Positions 12,017 through 24,390 of a DNA stretch of 64,000 bases are shown one piece after another. This DNA is from Mobula hypostoma (Eukaryota): NCBI RefSeq assembly GCF_963921235.1, contig NC_086097.1:135534001-135598000 (forward strand), given 5' to 3'. Positions within the stretch are counted from its first letter, which is position 1, and the number at the start of each line of letters is the position of its first letter. The position numbers were made by a program, and so were the translations under genes. Under the pieces are notes generated by a model that worked only from the letters and a program-made list of their open reading frames with translations, searched no databases and was not told the origin of the DNA.

Positions 12017-13999
12017 ATCACTGTCCAGATATACTATCACAGGATAAACAAGCAAGAACAACTTACTTAAGATATAGCCTCTCCAAATAGACGTAACATA
12101 CAGAAATCAATACATGAAAAACACCAGAAATATGCTGAATTAAAAGGGGAAGTTGAAAGACTATGGAACATGAACAGGGTATACATTGTCCCAATAGTTG
12201 TATCTACAACTGGTATCACCCCAAAGCCACTACACAATAACATGAAACAATTAGGCCTACGTAACAATATTCATGTAAATATTCAGAAAGCCACAATACT
12301 AAACACCACTAGAATAATTTGTAAGTTTCTGGCAATTGAAAAGTGGCTATGCTCGGCTATGCCTGTACCTTAGGGTTTACCAGCTTGAGCTGAGGAAAAA
12401 TAAAGCAATAAATATTGAAAAAATGAAATGAAGAGTCCTTTAAAGTGAGACTATAGGTTGTAGGGACAGTTTAGTCAGTGATGGAGTGATTGAAGTTGAG
12501 TGAAGTTACTCCTTCTGGTTCAAGAGCCTGATGGTTGAAGGGTAATAACTGTTCCTGAGCATTGTGGTGTGAGCCTTGTACCTTCTTCCTGATGGTAGTG
12601 GTGAGAAGAGGACATGGCCTGGTTGGTGGGATCTTTGATGATGGATTCTGCTTTCCCATGACAGCCTTCATGGAGATGTGCTCAATGGTGGGAGGGGCAT
12701 TACCCATGATGGAATGGGCTGTATCCACTACTTTTAGTGGGCATTTTTGCTCAAGGATATTGGTGTTTCCATACCAGGCCTTGATGCAACCAGTCAATAT
12801 ACTCTCCACTACACATCTATAGAAGTTTGTTAAAATTTTAGATGATATGCCAAATCTTTGCAAACTTCTATGAAAGTAGAGGCGGTGCTGAACTTTCTTC
12901 ATAATTGTACTTAAGTGCAAGCACCAGGACAAATCCTCTGAAATGATAACATTGAGGAATTTAAAGTTGCTGATCCTCTCCACCGCTCATTCCCCTGGTG
13001 AGGACTGGCTCACCGACTTCTGATTTCCTGCCCCTGAAGTCAATAATCAGCTCCTTGGTCTTTCTGACATTGAGTAAGAGATCGTTGTTGTGGCATCACT
13101 CAGCCAGATTTTCAACCTCCCTCCTATGTGCTGATTCGTCACCACTTTTGATTTGGCCCACAACAGTGGTATCATCAGCAACCTGGAAAATGGCCTTGGA
13201 GCTGTGCTGAGGCACACAGCCTCGTGGTGCACCTGTGCTGACAGAGGTTGTAGAGATTTTGCCGCCAATCCAAACTGACTCGGGTCTACACATGAAGATA
13301 ACACGGATCGAGCTGCACAGGGAAGTATTGAGATCTAGGTCTTGAAGCTTATGTATCAGATTTGAGGGAATGACGGAATTGAAAGCTGAGTTGTAGACAA
13401 TGAAGAACATCCTGATGTATGCACCTTCACTGTCCAGATGTTCTAGGGACGGTAGGCAAATTGGAGTCGATCCTCATTGTTTCTCAGGCAGGAGTTGGTA
13501 TGTTTCATTACCAACCTTTCAAAACACTTCATCACAGTAGATCTAACTGGACGATAGTGTTTGAGGCAGGCCATTACACTCTTCTCAGGCACTGGTATAA
13601 TTGAAGGCTGCTTGAAGCAGGTGGGTACCTCGGACTTCTGAAGTGAGTGCTTAAAGATATTGGTGAACACTGCAGCCAGTTATCAGCACAAGTCTTCAAT
13701 ACTTGGCCAGATGTTTTCCTTGGGTTCACCCTCTTGAGTGTTTGGGAGGCCAGCGGGGTGAATGGGGATGGATTTGCTGGAGGGCTGGAGGCAAAACTGC
13801 TCTGTGGGAATGAATCATTTCAACGTGCCCTCTCTCTCTGGTAACCCCTTCTTGGCTGCAACGACCGGGGGCTGGGTGGGGCTGAGCAGGCTCACATGTG
13901 CGAGTCGGTGAGGTCAGCTGGTGACCTCACTTCCTGTTCCTGCTCACTCTTCTGTCACGGCCCTGTCTGAGATCCTCTCCCACACACTTATGACCTGCG

Positions 14000-15005
14000 A
14001 TCAGAATCAGAATGGGGTTTATTATTACTAACAGTGTGTGAAATGTGTTGTTCTGCAGTGGCAGTGCAGTGTAAAGATGTAAAATTAGTATAAATTACAG
14101 ATAAAATAAACAGTGAAAATTAGGGAACAATGACGGATTAAGTTCATCGATTGTTCAGAAATTTGATGGTGGAGGGGAAGAAACTCTTTCTGAATTGTTA
14201 AGTGTGGGATATCAGGTTCAGGCTCCTTTCCCTGATGGTAGTGATGGGAAGAGGGTATGACCTGGATGGTGAGGGTCCTCAATGATGGATGCTGCCTTCT
14301 TGAGAAACTGCCTCTTGAGGAGGCCCTCGATAGTGAGGAGGTTGTGCCCATGATAGGGCTGGCTGAGGCTCCAACCCTCCACAGCCTTTTCCATTTCTGT
14401 GAATTGGAGCCTCCATTAACAGGCTGTGATGCAACTAGTTTGGATGCTCCCCAATTTGCAACTGTCTTCGGTGGTGTACCAAATCTCCCAAATCTCCTGA
14501 CAAAGTGGAGCCACTGTCGTGCCTGTTCCTGAAGAAGGGTCCCGGCTTGAAACATCGACTGTTTATTCATTTCCATTGATGCTGCCTGACCTGTGTTGCT
14601 TTGGATTTCCAGCATCTGCATAATTTCTGGCGTCTTTGTGTTGGCCCCAGGATAGATCCTGAGATATTGACCCTCAGGAAATGAAAGCTGCTCACCCTTT
14701 TTCACCACTGACAACTGGTCCGTGTTCTCCGAACTTCCCCATCCTGAAACCTGCAATCAGTTCCTCGGCCTTGCTGATGTTGAGTGCAGGGTTGATGTTG
14801 CAAAGCTACTCAAGCAACATATCAACAGTTTTTCATTCCTGTATGCCTCCTCGTCACAAGAATGATGGTGTCTTCTACAAATTTACAGGTCCTGCTTGAG
14901 CTATGCCTAGCCATACAGTCTTTGAGTGTAAAGAGAGTGGAGCCCTGGGCTAAGCTCACACTCTTGAGTCGTGCCTGTGTTGATTGTCAGTGAGGAAGAG
15001 GTGTT
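14000..15005 (-). mobile_element. Rex1/Babar-type LINE 3' part, with a Penelope tail module inserted at about 14525-14630
   Basis: Tail (atcaga)n at 14000; minus-strand RT remnants INTGTTQECELSP.L.SLYT; plus-strand ctgaagaagggtcccggcttgaaacatcgactg module inside. Confidence 0.8.
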
Positions 15006-15879
15006 ATCAGGATCTGTACTGACCATAGTCTCTAGTTCTCCAGTTTTCAGGAAAGGAACATTGTTGTAACCTGGGAACGGCCTGAGGTAGTTTATGTGTT
15101 GCATTTCTTTCCAGATAATTACAGAGCCATTTTGTGACACAGAAACAGAACCAGGACCTTTGGCCCATCGAGTCTGCAGCAACCTCCAACCCCCATTTAC
15201 AGAAAACCCCATTTTATCCTCCCGCTCCATTCTCATCAGCTCTCCCCAGATTCTACCCCTCATCGACAAACGAGCGGCGATTTACAGTGGCTAATTAACC
15301 TAGAAACCAGTATGTCTTCGGATGTGAGGCAATGGTTCTGCTAGCTGTTCCGTTGTCTCTATGTTTTATCATTTGCCATGGCATGGAAACACGCTGCTTG
15401 TCCATGCTGACCATCTAAACTAGTCCCGCTGGTGATTTAGTAATTGGCTTAAAAGGCACAAGATCTGATCACGCGGCACCTGCTTAAAATCGATTCATGT
15501 AGACGAGTGGAACTAGTGAAGAGAAAAAGTAAGTATTGTCTTTGGAATGTAGCCCTGCAACAAGAAAGGATTGCTTTTGAGTTCATAACCTCTCAGATGT
15601 TCCCAGAAACAATTCTGATATTTTTAAATAATACCATAACAATGCTTTAAATTTAATGAAAACATACTGCTGGCCGTGGGTCAAGATTACTAGACATGCA
15701 TCTGGGAAATTGCAGATCTGTTGATCAGGATTTCAAAATCCTTGAAAATGAATCTCTGTCCACAGTTTTGACAGTTGTTGATAATTGAAAGTGTTAGTTA
15801 GGAACACTTTTGCTGAACTTATAGAACTATTTTGATCCACTGAAAACTAGCAAGTGAAAAGTTGGAGGCTAATCTGGCC

Positions 15880-17555
15880 AACCGTGAGGTGTTGCGTGTT
15901 GGGAGATCAAATGGGAAGAGACAATACACAGTTAATGCTGGGATCCTTAATCTCACTGATATAGGGATGGCTCTTTAGGTCCAAGCCTAGAGCTCCCTGA
16001 AAGTGGCTGCACAGGTTGGTAGGGTTACAGTATCACGGATAGAAGACTGGCTGACTGGCAGGAGGCCCAGAATGGGAATAGAGAGGGTCTTTTCTGGTTG
16101 GCTGCTGGTGACTGCAGGGATCAGTGCTGGGACCACTTCTTTTCACATTATATGTCAATGATTTGGAGGATATAATTGTCCTAACAAGGGGACTCAGCCT
16201 GAAATGTCGACTATACTCTGTTCTGTAGATGCTCTCTGGCCTGCTGAGTTCCCCTAGCATTTTGTGTGTGTTGCTTTGAGGATGGAATTGATGGCTATGT
16301 GGCCAAGGTTGCAGATGATATGAAGATGGGTGGAGGGATGGGTAGTGTTGAGGAAGCAGGGACTTTTCATGTGGACTTCGATTAGGAGAATGGGCAAAGA
16401 AGTGGCAGATGGAATATAGTGTAGGGAAGTGTATGGTCATGCACTTTGGTAGAAGGAATACAGGTGCAGACTATTTTCTAAATGGGAAGAGAATTCAAAA
16501 ATCAGAGGCATAAGGGGTCATGGGAGTTCTTGTGCAGGTTGAGTCAGTGGTAAGGAAGGCAAATGCAATGTTAGCATTCGTTTCAAGAGGACTAGAATAT
16601 GAAAGTAAGGATGTAGTGCTGAGCTTTTTAAAGCATTGGTCTGACTACACTTGGCGTATTGTGAGTAGTTTTGGGCCCCCTTAGCTAAGAAAAGATGTGC
16701 TGGCATTAGAAAGGAGGTTCACGAGGAAGATTCTGGGAATAAAAGGGTCAATGGATGTTTGATGGCTTTGGGCATCTGTGGTGCTTTGTAGATCTCTGAC
16801 AAAGCCACATTTGGAGTATTGAATTCAATTCTAGATCTTTATTACAGGAAAGATGTGGAGGATTTGAAGAGGATGCAGCAGTTTTACCCGGATGCTGTTT
16901 GCATTAGACGCATCCTGAATTAGAGCACATGCCCTATGAACAATTACCTATCATCAGTGTAAGAGCTGGATAAACTTGGGTTGCTTTCTCCACAGCAGCA
17001 GAGGCTGATGGGAGATTTGTAAGGTTGTGATGGAGTAGGCGGCTGGATCAAAACCTCTAATACTGGGAGGGATGCACTTAAGATGCGAGGGCTAATTTCA
17101 AAGGAGATGTGCAGGGCAAGATTTTTTACACGGAGGGTAGAGGTTACCTGGAATGTACTGCCAGGGGTGTTTGTGGAGGCAAACTCGACAGTGGCAGTTA
17201 AGGTTATTTTATCTCTGCTTATTTATTTATTGAGATACAGCGTGGAATAGGCCCTTCGAGCTGCACCACCCAGCGATCCTCGACTTAACCCTTGCCTAGT
17301 CAGGGGACTATTTACAATGACTTACTAACCTACCAATGGGTGCATCTTTGGACTGTGGGAGGAAACCAGAGCCCCTGGAGGAAATTCATGCGGCTTTGGG
17401 GAGAACGTAGAAACTCCTTATAGATAGCGGCAGGAATATAGGAACACAAATGTGCAGAGAATGGAGGGATATAGTCATTATGGAGGCATTTAATTACAAT
17501 TTTAATTAGTCTGTTAGGTCGAGGGGTCTGTTCCTGTGTTGTACTATTCTATATT
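15880..17555 (+). mobile_element. Cluster of nested CR1 fragments, containing a Penelope tail module (about 16178-16278) and a V-SINE
   Basis: CR1 motifs (WIEDWLTGR, SVLGPLLF..YVNDL, ADD.K.G, FFTRRVE..WN.LP) and a CR1 tail at 17520-17555. Confidence 0.8.
17219..17436 (-). mobile_element. V-SINE/HE1-type SINE
   Basis: Reverse complement of the core ggtttcctcccacagtccaaaga...ggttag...attgtaaa; same family as 24611 and 48003. Confidence 0.75.
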
Positions 17556-18814
17556 CTACCATTTGGATTTACAGTGTACAATGTAGGAAGCTGTGAAACC
17601 TGTCACTGCTGCCTGTCTATTACCAATTTTCCTTCCCTATGGGTATATAACTCCCTGCACCCCTCTTCTCACTCCCATGCCAGAGTTCAGCAAACACTGA
17701 GGAAGTTTTGGTTCCCTACTGTAGCCTCAACAATCTCAATAGCTTGTGAATGTAAATACTGTTCCCCGAACGCTAGTGAAAACATCAAACAGTCTGTGAC
17801 AGAATTACAGTAAATTAGGGAAAGAAAGGTTAAAAATGTGCTCAGAGCACTGTTTACAGAGAACCACATCCCGATGTGGGAATTTCCAGAGCTACTTCAC
17901 AATCAGTCTCTTTCATTTTGAAGTACTGAAATATACTCAATGAGAGATTATTTAGAATGAATAATGTGTAATATTTAAAACAATAGAATCTCCCCGTACA
18001 AAGTTAATACAGTCCATAATTCACTCAAGTGTTCCTAATGGTCCTGACAAAAAGAGTTGACAGGTCCCATTCCATGTACAGGGCTAATTTCTAAATGGGC
18101 GAGTTTGAGTTTTTAATCTTTTAAATAACAGTTCATGTTTTAAAAGGGAATTTGAATTTACAGAGGGAAAATGCACATCTGACCCTAAAGTCTGAAATGT
18201 ATAGAACGTTCTTATAATCAGTGATGCTGGAAACAACTATCAATCGACGTTGGATTTGAAAGCATTAGTCCTACAGCTTTCAGAGTTTGTCAGTACAGTA
18301 GTTTTGAACCCTTAAAACTAAAAGTTGGTTGCTGTTTCCATCTTGTGGCAAGACGTGGAACTGCACCTTGGTAAGACAGCTCCATGCCAACATCAGATCT
18401 GGATGTGAATTTAGATCAGGTGGCAAATTGAACTTAATTGGTAACTTGGAATTCCATTGTCACTATTGAAATAATGTTTAATAATCTTTAGGTGAATTTC
18501 AAATTGTTGCTTCCAAATTTCAGACTGTTTGGTAATTTACTTAACTCAATTTATTCAGATTAGTCTCAGAAACAACCGGTTACCTCAAAATGAATAGATT
18601 TGCAAAATTAAAGCTTCAATAGTCTCACCAGAACAAAGAAGCACACTTGTGCCTAATCCCATTAGTAAGTGACACATCATCCTATTGTGTTAATTTTAAA
18701 CAACTCCAAACTGTTCTTAAGCCAGAGCGACAAACAATCTGCCGGAGGAATTGTCAACATTTCTGGTTAAAAGCTCACAGCCACTCCTCCATACGTCAAT
18801 TCATCAGTGTCATT

Positions 18815-19612
18815 AATTGTGAGGTCATCCACTTTAGAAGGAAAAATTAAAGAGCAGATTATTATTTAAATAGTAAAAAATTGCAGCATGTTGCTGTGCA
18901 GAGGGACTGGGGAGTGCGTGTGCTTGAATCACAAAAGGTTGGTTTGCAGGTGCAGCAGGTTATCAAGAGGGCAATTGGAATGTTGGCCTTCATTGCTGGA
19001 AGGATTGAATTTAAAAGCAGGGAGGTTATGCTGCAACTGTACTAGTGAGCCCACATCTGGAGTACTTTGTGCAGTTCTAGTCTCCTTACTTGAGGAAGGA
19101 TATACTGGCTTTGGAGGCAGTGCAGAGGAGGTTCACCAGGTTGATTCCAGAGATGAGGGGGTTAGACAATGAGGAGAGATTGAGTTGCCTGGGACTGTAC
19201 TCATTGGCGTTCAGAAGAATGAGAGGAGATCTTATGGAAACATATAAAATTATGAAAGGGATAGATAAGATAGAGGCAGGAAAGTTGTTTCCGCTGATAG
19301 TTGAGACTAGAACTAGGGGACATAACCTCAATATTCAGGGGCGTTGATTTAGGACGGAGATGAGGAGGAACTGCTTTTCTCCAGAGAATGGTGAATCTGT
19401 GGAATTCTCTGCCCAACGAAGCAGAGGAGGCTGCCTCAGTAAATATATTTTAAACAATGTTGGATAGATTTTTGCATAGTCGGGGAATTAAGTGTTTTGG
19501 GGAAAAGGCAAGTAGGTGGAGATGAGTCCATGGCCAGATCAGCCATGATCTTATTGAATGACAGAGCAGGCTCGATGGGCCAAATGGCCTACTCCTGCTC
19601 CTAGTTCTTATG
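18815..19612 (+). mobile_element. CR1 LINE 3' fragment
   Basis: ORF 19090 RKDILALEAVQRRFTRLIP..LGLYSL..RRMRGDL.ETYKI; CR1 tail gggccaaatggcctactcctgctcct. Confidence 0.92.
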
Positions 19613-19619
19613 TTACGTT

Positions 19620-20295
19620 GCATCACCGGTGCTCTGCATTGGTTAGACTGGGGGTTTGCTTTATCACACTCTTTCTCTCTGTCTTCTGTCCCAGCCAGGG
19701 TCTCCCAGTGGCCAGCTGTTTTAATTCCACTTCCTGTGCCCACACTGACACATCTGCCCAGAGCTCCTCTGCTGTCAGATTGAGGCCAGACACAGAGCAG
19801 AGGAACAGCACCTGATATTCTGCCTTAGTAGTCTCCAACCTGTAGGCATGAAAATTGATTCCTCTACTTTCTGGTAACTACTCCCCTCTGGCCCACCTTT
19901 GTTTTCCCTTAACCCACGGGCCCCGTCACCATTATTCCTTCTCTTTCTCTTCCTACTTGATCTGCCTATCTCCCACACATTCCTCTTTCCAGTTCTCCTC
20001 CTCGTCTCCTTTCCTTTACTCCTTGGTCCACCGACCTCTCCTATCAGATTCTATCTTTTTCACCCCCCCCCAGCTTCTGACATCATTCCCAATTATTCTT
20101 ACCCCCCAGCCCCCTGCCCCCATCTCACCTACCCATCTTCCCTCTCCTACCAGAATCCACCAACCACCCATCAGCCCCTGCTCTATCCCTTTTATTCTGG
20201 CTACCTCAATTCTTCCTTTCCAGTCTGAAACGTCAACTATCCATTTCCTTGCACACACAGTGTGCTGCCTGGCAGACAGAGTTCCTCCAGCTTTT
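19620..20295 (+). mobile_element. Penelope 3' fragment (GIY-YIG end, pyrimidine-rich 3' region, partial tail)
   Basis: LPVASCFNS..H.D.S and EEQHLIFCLSSLQP.GMKIDSS, homologous to the C-terminus of ORF 58400..59428. Confidence 0.75.
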
Positions 20296-20296
20296 T

Positions 20297-21550
20297 CAGA
20301 GTCAGAGTCAGGTTTAATATCACCGGCATATGCTGTGACATTTGTTAACTTTGCAGTACAATGCAGTACATAATAATAGAAAAAAACTGAGAACTATATT
20401 AAGTATATACAGTGGCATGCAAAAGTTTGGCCACCCCTGGTCAAAATTTCTGTTACTGTGAATAGCTAAACGAGTAAAAGATGAACTGATTTCCAAAAGG
20501 CATAAAGTTAATGATAACACATTTCTTTAACATTTGAAGCAAGAAAACTTTTTTATTTCCATCTTTTGCAGTTTCAAAATAACAAAAAAGGAAAAGGGCC
20601 TGAAGCAAAAGTTTGGGCACCCTGCGTGGCCAGTACTTAGTAACACCCCCTTTGGCAAGTATCACAGCTTGTAAACGCTTTCTGTAGCCAGCTAAGAGTC
20701 TTTCAATTCTTGTTTGGGAGATTTTCACCCATTCTTCCTTGCAAAAGGCTTCTAGTTCTGTGAGATTCTTGGGCCGTCTTGCATGCACTGCTCTTTTGAG
20801 GTCTATCCACAGATTCTCGATGATGTTTAGGTCAGGGGACTGTGAGGGCCATGGAAAAACCTTCAGCTTGCGCCTCTTGAGGTAGTCCATTGTGGATTTT
20901 GAGGTGTGTTTAAGATCATTATCCTGTTGTAGAAGTCATCCTCTTTTCATCTTCGGTTTTTTTACAGACGGTGTGATGTTTGCTTCCAGAATTTGCTGGT
21001 ATTTAATTGAATTCATTCTTCCCTCTTCCAGTAAATGTTCCCTGTGCCACTGGCTGCAACACAAGCCCAAAGCATGATCGATCCACCCCTGTGCTTAACA
21101 ATTGGAGAGGGGTTCTTTTCATGAAATTCTGCACCCATTTTTCTTCAAACATACCTTTGCTCACTGCGGCCAAAAAGTTCTATTTTAACTTCATCAGTCC
21201 ACAGGAATTGTTTCCAAAATGCATCAGGCTTGTTTAGATGTTCCTTTAAACTTTTTGAATAGAACTTTGCATGCCACTATTTAAATAGTGAAATTAAATA
21301 GTGCAAAAATAGAAACAAATAAAAGTAGTTAGGTAATGTTCATGGGTTGAATGTTCATTCAGAAATCAGATGGCAGAGGGGAAGAAGCTGTTCCTGAATC
21401 AGAGTGTGTGCCTTCAGGTTTCTGTACCTCCTACCTGATGGTAACAGTGAGAAGAGGGCATGTCCTGGGTGATGATGGGTGCCGCCTTGTTGAAGCATCA
21501 CTCCCTGAAGATGTCCTGGACACAATGGAGGCCAGTGCCAGAGAGCACAA
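20297..21550 (-). mobile_element. Rex1/Babar-type LINE 3' end interrupted by Tc1
   Basis: (tcagag)n tail at 20297; minus ORF 21355 HHPGHALFSLLPSGRRYRNLKAH. Confidence 0.8.
20410..21279 (-). mobile_element. Tc1-family DNA transposon, internally deleted
   Basis: TA|CAGTGGCATGCAAAAGTT at left and aactttgcatgccacta at right; inner direct repeat at 20605-20622; minus-strand LWTDE, QQDNDLKH and WPSQSPDLNIIENLW..GGVTKY. Confidence 0.92.
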
Positions 21551-22059
21551 CTGTTAGCTTGAAACATCCAACAGATTACAGTTGTCTCACTAAAAAAAAT
21601 GATACGGCACTTCAGTCAATAATTTCATCTTCTACCGAACCTCTCTCTAGACTTTTGAAAACAAAATGCCTCATAGTTGTATAACCAAGCAGAGGGTTAA
21701 GTTGCAGTACTAGCAGCCAGTTCTGATCCAGCTACAACATGTTTGAATCCTGATATGGTAGCTGAGGGATTTAGGTTCAAGTAATTAAATAAATCTGGAA
21801 TTAAGGCTGATCTCTGTAACAGTAACCAGGGAACTACTGTTTATTATAAAAACCTATCTGGGTTCACCGGGGAACTGCAGGGGAGGAAATCTGCTAGCTT
21901 GGTAGGTTAATGGTGGCTGTAGCTTGTTTCCAGTGTACGCTGAATCAGGAGGGAACTAACGGGAATATGTGCAGGATGGGTCACTGCAAAAACTAACAGG
22001 GGAAAAGGATTGTCTTGTGAGCCAGCACAAGCTTGAGGGGCTAAATGGCCTCCTTCCAC

Positions 22060-22410
22060 CATCCAGGTCATGCTCTATTCTCACTACTCTCATCAGTCAG
22101 GAGCTTCCACACCACCAGCTATTTCCTTACAACCGTCTGGCTGCTGAACTACCGTGGATAACTTCACCCCCCTCTACACTGAACTGATTCCACAACCTGC
22201 AGAGACCTTCAAGGATACTACAACTCAGGTTCTCAGTGTTCTTTATTATTTTATTATTTTGTCTTCATTTGACATTGGTTGTTTGCCAGTCTTTAGTAAT
22301 GCACAATTTTTCATAAATTATATTGTGTTTTTCATTTTTCTTTAAATGCCTGTGAGAAAGTGAATGTCAAGGTTGCGTATGTGGCATATATGTACTTTGA
22401 TAATAAATAT
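22060..22410 (+). mobile_element. Rex1/Babar-type LINE 3' tail
   Basis: catccaggtcatgctctattctcactact...tgtactttgataataaat. Confidence 0.7.
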
Positions 22411-22704
22411 ACTCTGTCTTCGACTTTCTATATTGTAAGAAAATATAGTATGAAATATATGAATCCAGACCCACCAATGTGCTTGACTTTTACTATGAAA
22501 TACGTGTTCTCGATCCACCAATGTGCTTGACTTTTATTAGCCAGTCAGGGTCATTGCCAATGAAACCTACACCCATGGCTGAGTAGCTTAAAAAAGTCTC
22601 CTTGGAGTTCCAAAGAAAGTTATAAAACTGTTAGTTGAACTAACAGTCCCAGTTAATAGACATAGTTTATCACTAAATAATTAGTTTGCAACAAGGATAC
22701 AATA

Positions 22705-22867
22705 GGGTCTTTTAAGAGCCTCTTAGATAGGTATATGGAGCTTAGAAAGATAAAGGGCTCTGCACTAGGGAAATTCTAATCAACTTCTAGAGGAGGTAAC
22801 ATGGTCAGCACAACATTGTGGGCCGAAGGGCCTGTAATGTGTTGTAGATTTTTATGTTCTATGTTCT
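22705..22867 (+). mobile_element. CR1 3' tail
   Basis: tttaagagcctcttagataggtatatgg...gggccgaagggcctgt...tatgttctatgttct. Confidence 0.75.
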
Positions 22868-23273
22868 AAGGATGCTAAAATAAAAAGAACCTTTTTAAAA
22901 AACCTAATATTTTGTCAGGTAGTTAGAAATAGTAAAAGGCTTCACATGATTTAAATGTTCTAAACACACACTGCAAGTAAATCAAGTGCAAAACCTGCAT
23001 TTATGTGGCAACATTTGCAACCTTCGTAAGTTCCAAAGAAATATGCAGCCAATTAAATATTAATCCAGTGTCGCGATGAAGGAATGCAGCTGCCAGTATC
23101 TGTTCTAACTGTCCCTGAAGTTAACCAATGAAATGAGCAGATATTCAGTGAATGCCGGCTCTGAGTATTGACTGTGAAATCTTTTGCAGCTGTACAGATT
23201 TATATTCTGTACGTTGCTGCACATACTTTGCCTGTGACACTGCTGCTGTTGCAAGAGAGAGTTTTTCATTGTA

Positions 23274-23772
23274 CGAGGGGTGGTTGATAAGTTCGTGGCC
23301 TAAGGGAGAAGGAGTCAATTTTAGAAAACCTAGCACATTTATTTTTCCTACATTTACACACTTAGTCCAGCGGTCGTGGAGCATACGGATCCCTTCTTTG
23401 TAGAAGTCAGCATCTTGGACCTCCAGAAAGTGGTCCACAGCAGGGGTGATTGATAAGTTTGTGGCCTAAGGTAGAAGGAGATGAGTTATTAACTTCAAAC
23501 TTTCTGTATAATCACTCAAAGAGTTGAACTGCATGTGCACGTAACAAGAGCTGTATAAATCGTCTCCTTCTACCTTAGGCCACAAACTTATCAATCACCC
23601 CTGCTGTGGACCACTTTCTGGAGGTCCAAGACGCTGACTTCTACAAAGAAGGGATCCGTATGCTCCACGACTGCTGGACTAAGTGCGTAAATGTAGGAAA
23701 AATAAATGTGCTAGGTTTTCTAAAATTGACGCCTTCTACCTTAGGCCACGAACTTATCAATCACCCCCCCCG
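23274..23772. mobile_element. Mariner-derived palindromic MITE
   Basis: TA flanks (23272-3, 23773-4); inverted arms of about 215 bp; each arm encodes the mariner transposase C-terminus (FLEVQDADFYKEGIRMLHDRWTKCV). Confidence 0.9.
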
Positions 23773-23969
23773 TATGTGCACTTGACTTCTAAATTGACTA
23801 CAAACTCTACTTGACCTGTCTTAACCTCTGACAATAGAGTCCTACACCATACAAGTGTTGGTGAAAGAGGAAATAAGAAAAAAGAGAGAAAGCAAAGCTA
23901 TTAACTAATCCTTGGGTGGAATTTCTAGATCTAATGAATTCCAGCACAGTCATTTTGATTATTACAATA

Positions 23970-24390
23970 GGTCTCCACTTTCTTTGGCACTCACAAGCCC
24001 CATGTTGTTTTCCAACCTGAACATGCTGATCTCCCAGAACAGCAAGATGTCCGCAAGGGAATGCTGGCAATTGGCACCTTCCGGGCTGTAGGAGTACTTG
24101 CAGAAGGGTGGACTGAAGTCTGGAGCAGCCAATGCAAAGGTTTGGTAAGGAAGTTCCCACACTAGGCTACTTCTGCAACTCCATGTGGAAGGGCTGAGTT
24201 GAGCGAGAAGGGCCCTCAGACATTGAAAGGGTGTAATGCCCCAGCGGACCAGATGATTGGCAAAGGTGTAACGGTTTAAAAAAAATCAGTTAATACAACT
24301 GAATATAATGACCATGAGTGTAAAAGATTTACACTTTCTTCTTTTGTGTACATTTTATATTATGAATTAAGTTGAGCTTTGAAAAAGAAT
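23970..24390 (+). mobile_element. Tx1-like (L1 clade) 3' end fragment
   Basis: Plus frame LISQNSKMSARECWQLA..EYLQKGGLKSGAANAKVW resembles the Tx1 ORF2 C-terminus; AT-rich 3' UTR. Confidence 0.55.

Larger units (their letters stand above)
9241..12403 (+). mobile_element. R4/Dong-clade non-LTR retrotransposon (RT + CCHC + restriction-like endonuclease), 5'-truncated, decayed
   Basis: EEQKGCRQGMKGCKEQLIIDS, YIDCQKAFDSV, YMDDLKLYA (9728-9754), LPRTEGGRG, CRKC-x8-H-x4-C (10728-10781), RHN, PD (12025-12030), KYAELK, VPIVVSTTG..QKATIL; begins directly after (TAA)6. Confidence 0.9.
9050..13735 (-). mobile_element. Rex1/Babar-type LINE (RT to tail), interrupted in its 3' tail by the Dong element
   Basis: Tail at 9050-9240 continues at about 12400. 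Minus ORFs 12471..12983, 13096..13410 (GAPRGCV, ADDTTVVG) and 13443..13670 ([20 protein letters not shown]). Confidence 0.85.

Noticed and set aside
22471..22536. CRISPR-like repeat-spacer-repeat
   Set aside because: Only two copies, vertebrate context, and no cas genes.
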